Virus record (IMG/VR): IMGVR_UViG_3300018080_000184
Span: 1-62,850 of that record
Direction: 5' to 3' (one strand)
DNA: 62,850 bases
Origin: a virus
Lineage: Duplodnaviria; Caudoviricetes
Below, in pieces: positions 57,639 through 62,850 of the stretch (position 1 is its first letter; the number at the start of each line of letters is the position of its first letter). The notes below the pieces were generated by a model. The model had not been told where the DNA came from, ran no database searches, and saw only the letters and a list, made by a program, of their open reading frames with translations. The translations under genes and the position numbers were made by a program.

Positions 57639-60600
57639 ATGGCTCGATTCGACCCCGCAGAGAGTTTTCAAGCTCTCAAAGACCGGGTACAGACGGCGAT
57701 TCAGGAGAGCTTTCCCCAGGAGGGCACCAAGCACATTCTCGAAGTTGACAGCGTTGACGTGAAAGAGGACCTGCACGTCAACGATGTCCCCGCGCAGAAG
57801 AAGGCGAAGATGGGCGGAAGGACGTGGGGGATCCCCATCCACGCCAATCTTGTTCTGAAGGACAAGAAAACGGGAAAGGTTGTCGACCGCAGCCGCCAAA
57901 AAGTGGCGACGCTGCCAATGATAACTAATCGTTACTCCTACATCGTTGACGGGTCAGAGTACCAGGTCGACAACCAATGGCGGCTCAAGCCCGGCGTCTA
58001 CACGAAGGTGAAGCAGAACGGCGAGCTCGAAAGCTTCTTCAACATCAAAGGACGCCCCTTCCATGTGAACTTTGATCCGCAGGAGAAGAAATTCAAGGTC
58101 GCGCTCGGTGGCTCGAATCCTCCTCTCTACCCCATCATGCGAGCTCTTGGCTATGACGATGCGGCGCTCAAAAAGCAGTGGGGCGAAGACATCTTTCAGG
58201 CCAACCGTATGGACACACGCGGCCGCCCCATCAATGTGTCGAAAATCGTAACGAAGTTCGCCGAGCGTTTGGATCCAACGGCGACGGTGGAGAGCTACGA
58301 TCAGGCCGTTGAAGTGATCCGAGACAACTTCGCTGAGACCAAGCTCGACCCGACGGCAACAAAGCGGACGTTGGGTAAGGCCATCGACCGTATTACGCCC
58401 GAGGCCGTGCTGCGGTCGTCGCAGAGGTTGCTGGGCGTCTCGCGAGGCGAAGAGAAGCCGGACGTCCGCGACTCACTCATGTTCAAGACCTTTCACGGCA
58501 TCGAGGACATTCTTGGGGAGCGGATTACCGAGAATCGAAAGATCATTTCTCGTCGAATCAAAAACAATTTGGATCGGCGCGGAAAGATTCGTGACATTGT
58601 CGGCCCAGATGTCTTTAATCGGCCGCTCAAGGATTTCTTCGGCCAGTCGACATTGGCCAGCACAACGTCTCAGACAAATCCGCTCCACATCATGTCGGGG
58701 CAGATTCGGACCACCATCACTGGCGAAGGCGGAGTGAAGGATGCGAATCGCATCACCGAGGACGCGAAGCTTGTGGATCCATCGCACTTCGGTGTGCTCG
58801 ACAGCCTCCACACTCCAGAGTCCGGAAAGACTGGTGTCACACTGCATCTAAGCATTGGGGCGCGGAAGCAGGGGAATGACGTGACCATTCCTCTCTACAA
58901 CGCCAAGACCGGCAAGCTGGAGCACCTGCGGCCCGAACAGGTACACGACTCCATCGTGGCTCTTCCCGATTCGGTCAAACGCGTAGGCGGTAAATTCGTG
59001 CCGAAAAAGGGCAAGACGGTCACTGCCAGCACCGTTGGCAACGAGATGCGGGAAATGTCGATGGACAAGGTTCAGTACATCGTTCCTCGCTCGAGTCAGA
59101 TGTTTTCGATGGCGACGAACCTGGTGCCCTTCATCTCCTCCGACTCCCCCAACCGTGCCACGATGGCCGGCCGGCAAATGGAGCAAGCGATCGCACTCAA
59201 AGAACGAGAGGCGCCGCTTGTTCAATCCGCTCTTGGCAAAAACACGTTCGACGATCTTGTTGGCCGCTTTTCAAGTCAGCGTGCGCATGTAGACGGAAAG
59301 GTCGTCGATGTTTCAAAGGACTACATCACCATTTTAGGCAGTGATCGGAAAAAGCATCGCGTGCCGCTGTACGACAACTATCCGACCAACGACAAGAAGG
59401 GCTTTCTTCACAGCGAGCCGGCGGTCAAGGTCGGCGACGTGGTCAAAAAGGATCAGCTCGTCGCCGATACCAACTTCTCGCGCGGTGGAGTCTACGCTCC
59501 CGGGACCAACCTGACGACGGCCTACATGCCGTACCGAGGCTACAACTTCGAGGATGGAGTGGTGCTGTCCGAAGCAGCGGCAAAAAAGCTTTCCTCCGAG
59601 CACATGTACAAGAAGGGCATCACAACGACCGACGCCGAGGTTTCGGGCAAAAAGAAGTATCAAGCGTACTTTCCGACCAAGGTCGATAAGGAGCAGCTCG
59701 AAAAGCTGGACGACGGGGGCGTGGCCAAGCCCGGCCAGGTGCTCAAGCCCGGTGACACGATCATCGCTGCCATGGCCAAACGCGAGCTGACGACTGAGGA
59801 GCAGAGGTTTCGGCAGCTACACAAGTCCATTGTCAATCCCATGAAGGACAAGGCCATCACCTGGGAGGAGGATGTTCCTGGCGAGGTGGTCGAGGTCAAA
59901 AAGCGTGGCCGGCGAGTGGATGTCCACATCCGCACCACCGAGGCGGCAAAGCTCGGCGACAAGGTGTCCAACCGTCACGGCGGCAAGGGGATCTGTACCG
60001 CCATCCTGCCCGACGAAGAGATGCCGCGAACCGAAGATGGCAAGCCGGTCGACATCCTGTTCAACCCCATCGGCCTCGCCGGCCGCATGAATGCGGGGCA
60101 GGTGTTGGAGGTGGCTGCGGCGAAGATTGCGAAGAAAACCGGGAAGCCGTTCAAGGTCGCCAACTTTGAGCTCGAGGACAATATCGGTCACGTCCAAGCA
60201 GCGCTCAAGGAGAATGGGATTGCCGACAAGGAGACCGTTCTCGATCCGACAACCGGCAAGAAGATCCCCGGCGTGCTCGTTGGTCCTCAATATTTCCTCA
60301 AGCTTGAGCACCAGGTCGACAAGAAGATGGCGGCGCGTAGTCGGGATTCCTACGACCAGAACCTCGTACCCAAAGGCGGCGGCCCAAAGGGTGGCCAGGC
60401 GCTTGGTGCTCTTGGTGTCTACGCTCTGCTCGCACGAGGTGCCAAGGCCAACGTGCGTGAGATGAGCACATACAAGAGTGACCGTGCCAATGCTGGCGAC
60501 AACGACGAGCTATGGATGGCGCTCCAGTCCGGAGAGATGTTGCCGCCACCCAAGCCCACCTTCTCGTACAAGAAGTTCGAGTCCATGTTGCGGGCGGCGG

Positions 60601-62850
60601 GGGTCAATGTGGAGCAGGACGGCAACTCCCTCAACCTCATGCCCCTCACGGACAAGCAAGTCCTGGAGATGTCGAACGGCGAGCTCAAGGACGCGGGCAA
60701 GTTAATCAAGATGCGCACCCTCAAGCCCGAAAAGGGCGGTCTCTTCGATCCCGAAGCAACGGGTGGTCATTCAGGATCAAAGTGGTCGCACATTCCCCTC
60801 TCGACGCCGATGCCCAACCCTCTATTCGAGAAGGCCATCATGAGTGTGGCTGGGATTCGGGGGCCGCAGTATGAACGGCTCATCAAGGGTGAGGCTGGCG
60901 TGCTCACCGACGGAACCATCATCGAGGAGCAAGGGGCAAAAGGGGCGGTGTACGGTCCCAAGTCTGTCGGCCGCCTTTTGGGCAACGTCAACGTCGAGAC
61001 GACGCTCAAGCACGAGGAGGAGAGGATCCCCAAGCTCAAAGGCCAGCTCCAAAATGAAGCCCGCCGACGCATTAAGTATCTTCGAGCACTCAAAAAGACG
61101 GGAATGTTGCCCACTGAAGCGTACATGATGAACAACCTCCCGGTTTTGCCGCCGAATATGAGACCCGTCGCCGTGCTGGATGACGGCCGGCTGCAGACGG
61201 ATGACGTGAATGAGCTGTACAAGCAGTTCGCCATCGTCAACAAGAAGCTCAAGGAGTTCCCAGCCGGCACGCCAGCAACAATCAAGGCGCCTCTCGAGGC
61301 CGATATTTATGATCACCTCAAAGCGGTCACCGGACTAGGAGGCACGCTCAATCGCAAATTCCCGGGCCTCGTGCAACAGATTGCCGGCGTTGAAAGTCCG
61401 AAAAGCGGCTATTTTCAGAACGTCATCATCAAACGCAAGCAAGACCTGACCGCCCGCTCTACCATCGTCCCTGAGCCCAAGCTCAGCCTCGATGAAGCGG
61501 AAATCCCTCGCAAGGCGGCGAAGGAAATGTACAAGCCCTTCCTCATCCGTGAGCTGCGGCGAACAGTGGGTGCCACGCCCCTTCGGGCCAAACAGATGAT
61601 TGACCAAGGCGATCCGCTGGCTGAGAGAGCGCTGGAAAGAGTCGTTCAAGAGAGGCCAGTATTGTTGAAGCGCGACCCCGTTCTTCACAAGTACGGCATC
61701 CAAGCTTTCCAACCCAAGCTCACCGAAGGGAAGGCGATCAAGATACACCCGCTCGTGTGTTCAGGGTACAACGCCGACTTTGACGGCGATCAGCAATGCG
61801 CAAGCGTACTTATAGCCGTCGAAAGATCTGTGTACAACCGCGGTATAAGCTTCTATGAACCACGGAGAATTTACATGACCGCGAGATTCATGGAAGCTGT
61901 AGGCTATACGACCGACGAAGGTGAACTTGTTGTCTGCAACCTCGAGGATTTTCCTCATCTGCCCGAAAAAACTACTAAAGGCCACATCGACTACCATCCC
62001 GTGCCGGAGGGAATACGCGTTGTTTGTCTCGATGAGGCAACGGGAGAGCCCCGCCTTGCGCCCGTAACTGGATGGTCACTTCATCGACAGAGACAGATCG
62101 AGATCGTGACAACGGGCAGTGGTCGCCAGATCATTACAGACGATGATGAGAGGGCCGTGTATGGCGTGGACGCATCCTCTCTTGAATGGTGTCGTCGTCG
62201 GCCGTCAGAATCTGAAAATCAATTTGTTCCGATCATCGACGAAGCGCCTAGCCACGCTGGGTGGATAAAAACATTGCCGCTTCCCGAAGATTCCCGTTGT
62301 CGTCTACGCAACGAGGTGACCGTCGATTTCGACTTCGGATATTTTCTCGGCGCCTTGATTGGTGATGACTGGGTCATGTATGCGGATGGTCGGCCAGCGG
62401 GTGTGGTTTTGGCATCAAGTTATCCTGAGGTGGCGCAAAGGTGGGTTGAAGCCAGCCGGTCGGTATTTAAAGAAGCACCGCATACGTCGCGGGCGGTCAT
62501 TACGGAAGGCAAGTTCGAGAACAGCTGCGGCTGTACAAACCACACCATCTATTCCGCTGCATTGGCCAGGTTCATCGAACCGCTCATTGGCCGCGGTGCG
62601 GAAAATAAGCACCTGCCACCATTTTTCTACGGGGCTTCGGATAGCTTCCGTGAGGGATTGTTGAGTGGTCTATTTGATACCGACGGCTCCATGAGTTGGT
62701 CCAACGCGAAAGAGAAGCCGCAGTTTTTGTGCGCGTACCACTCCACAAGTCTCCGTCTGCTTCAAGAGCTTCAGCATCTGTTGCGAACATGTCGGGTGGC
62801 GTCAACGATAACGCCCTACCAGACACCGCAAGGCGCGCCCTGTTGGATTC
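57639..62850 (+). CDS. rpoBC: fused DNA-directed RNA polymerase beta/beta-prime subunit, intein-containing (3' truncated; not in ORF track)
   Basis: Hand translation in one frame: beta motifs DPSHFG..HTPE, GYNFEDG, GDKVSNRHGGKG, YFLKLEHQVDKK; beta-prime motifs RTLKPEKGGLF, LPVLPPNMRP, HPLVCSGYNADFDGD. Confidence 0.95.
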   Translation, partial: MARFDPAESFQALKDRVQTAIQESFPQEGTKHILEVDSVDVKEDLHVNDVPAQKKAKMGGRTWGIPIHANLVLKDKKTGKVVDRSRQKVATLPMITNRYSYIVDGSEYQVDNQWRLKPGVYTKVKQNGELESFFNIKGRPFHVNFDPQEKKFKVALGGSNPPLYPIMRALGYDDAALKKQWGEDIFQANRMDTRGRPINVSKIVTKFAERLDPTATVESYDQAVEVIRDNFAETKLDPTATKRTLGKAIDRITPEAVLRSSQRLLGVSRGEEKPDVRDSLMFKTFHGIEDILGERITENRKIISRRIKNNLDRRGKIRDIVGPDVFNRPLKDFFGQSTLASTTSQTNPLHIMSGQIRTTITGEGGVKDANRITEDAKLVDPSHFGVLDSLHTPESGKTGVTLHLSIGARKQGNDVTIPLYNAKTGKLEHLRPEQVHDSIVALPDSVKRVGGKFVPKKGKTVTASTVGNEMREMSMDKVQYIVPRSSQMFSMATNLVPFISSDSPNRATMAGRQMEQAIALKEREAPLVQSALGKNTFDDLVGRFSSQRAHVDGKVVDVSKDYITILGSDRKKHRVPLYDNYPTNDKKGFLHSEPAVKVGDVVKKDQLVADTNFSRGGVYAPGTNLTTAYMPYRGYNFEDGVVLSEAAAKKLSSEHMYKKGITTTDAEVSGKKKYQAYFPTKVDKEQLEKLDDGGVAKPGQVLKPGDTIIAAMAKRELTTEEQRFRQLHKSIVNPMKDKAITWEEDVPGEVVEVKKRGRRVDVHIRTTEAAKLGDKVSNRHGGKGICTAILPDEEMPRTEDGKPVDILFNPIGLAGRMNAGQVLEVAAAKIAKKTGKPFKVANFELEDNIGHVQAALKENGIADKETVLDPTTGKKIPGVLVGPQYFLKLEHQVDKKMAARSRDSYDQNLVPKGGGPKGGQALGALGVYALLARGAKANVREMSTYKSDRANAGDNDELWMALQSGEMLPPPKPTFSYKKFESMLRAAGVNVEQDGNSLNLMPLTDKQVLEMSNGELKDAGKLIKMRTLKPEKGGLFDPEATGGHSGSKWSHIPLSTPMPNPLFEKAIMSVAGIRGPQYERLIKGEAGVLTDGTIIEEQGAKGAVYGPKSVGRLLGNVNVETTLKHEEERIPKLKGQLQNEARRRIKYLRALKKTGMLPTEAYMMNNLPVLPPNMRPVAVLDDGRLQTDDVNELYKQFAIVNKKLKEFPAGTPATIKAPLEADIYDHLKAVTGLGGTLNRKFPGLVQQIAGVESPKSGYFQNVIIKRKQDLTARSTIVPEPKLSLDEAEIPRKAAKEMYKPFLIRELRRTVGATPLRAKQMIDQGDPLAERALERVVQERPVLLKRDPVLHKYGIQAFQPKLTEGKAIKIHPLVCSGYNADFDGDQQCASVLIAVERSVYNRGISFYEPRRIYMTARFMEAVGYTTDEGELVVCNLEDFPHLPEKTTKGHIDYHPVPEGIRVVCLDEATGEPRLAPVTGWSLHRQRQIEIVTTGSGRQIITDDDERAVYGVDASSLEWCRRRPSESENQFVPIIDEAPSHAGWIKTLPLPEDSRCRLRNEVTVDFDFGYFLGALIGDDWVMYADGRPAGVVLASSYPEVAQRWVEASRSVFKEAPHTSRAVITEGKFENSCGCTNHTIYSAALARFIEPLIGRGAENKHLPPFFYGASDSFREGLLSGLFDTDGSMSWSNAKEKPQFLCAYHSTSLRLLQELQHLLRTCRVASTITPYQTPQGAPCWI
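61791..62850 (+). mobile_element. intein with LAGLIDADG homing endonuclease inserted after NADFDGD (3' end outside window)
   Basis: Beta-prime similarity stops after DFDGD(Q); GYFLGALIGDD (about 62337) and LLSGLFDTDGS (about 62658); NKHLP and STSLRLLQELQHLL intein-endonuclease motifs. Confidence 0.88.

Noticed and set aside
57639-62850. Host chromosomal rpoB-rpoC (prophage boundary)
   Set aside because: No rplL or ribosomal operon upstream, strong divergence at near-invariant positions, domain deletions, and direct adjacency to the portal cluster
1-62850. Genome-wide amber (TAG) recoding
   Set aside because: Many clear genes end at TAG right before the next gene (e.g. 1638, 13353, 20199, 24444, 30409) and long genes are intact in the standard code

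Overview
This window is part of a large, myovirus-like tailed bacteriophage genome (probably a jumbo phage), not a bacterial chromosome. From left to right it contains: the end of an ATP-dependent DNA ligase and a sigma-70-family sigma factor; a long plus-strand virion module (baseplate, several beta-helix tail fibre/spike proteins, lysis-like membrane genes), interrupted by small minus-strand cassettes with their own promoters; a hairpin-dense non-coding junction at about 35.0-35.4 kb; a minus-strand replication/recombination operon (RusA, UvsY-like, Cas4-like, RecA, PolA, primase, DnaB, UDG, SF2 helicase); and head-associated genes with a portal-like protein. The last gene is absent from the supplied ORF track because it runs off the edge. 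It is a single ORF (57639..>62850) encoding a bacterial-type RNA polymerase beta subunit fused to beta-prime, with an atypical LAGLIDADG intein directly after the NADFDGD catalytic motif. The most notable signals are this fused RNAP together with a phage sigma factor and a conserved AAA-N17-TATAAG promoter, the non-canonical intein with an internal promoter/RBS, a recurrent K-x-A motif in putative head proteins, and two candidate structured RNAs. All calls come from motif recognition by eye; no database searches were run.
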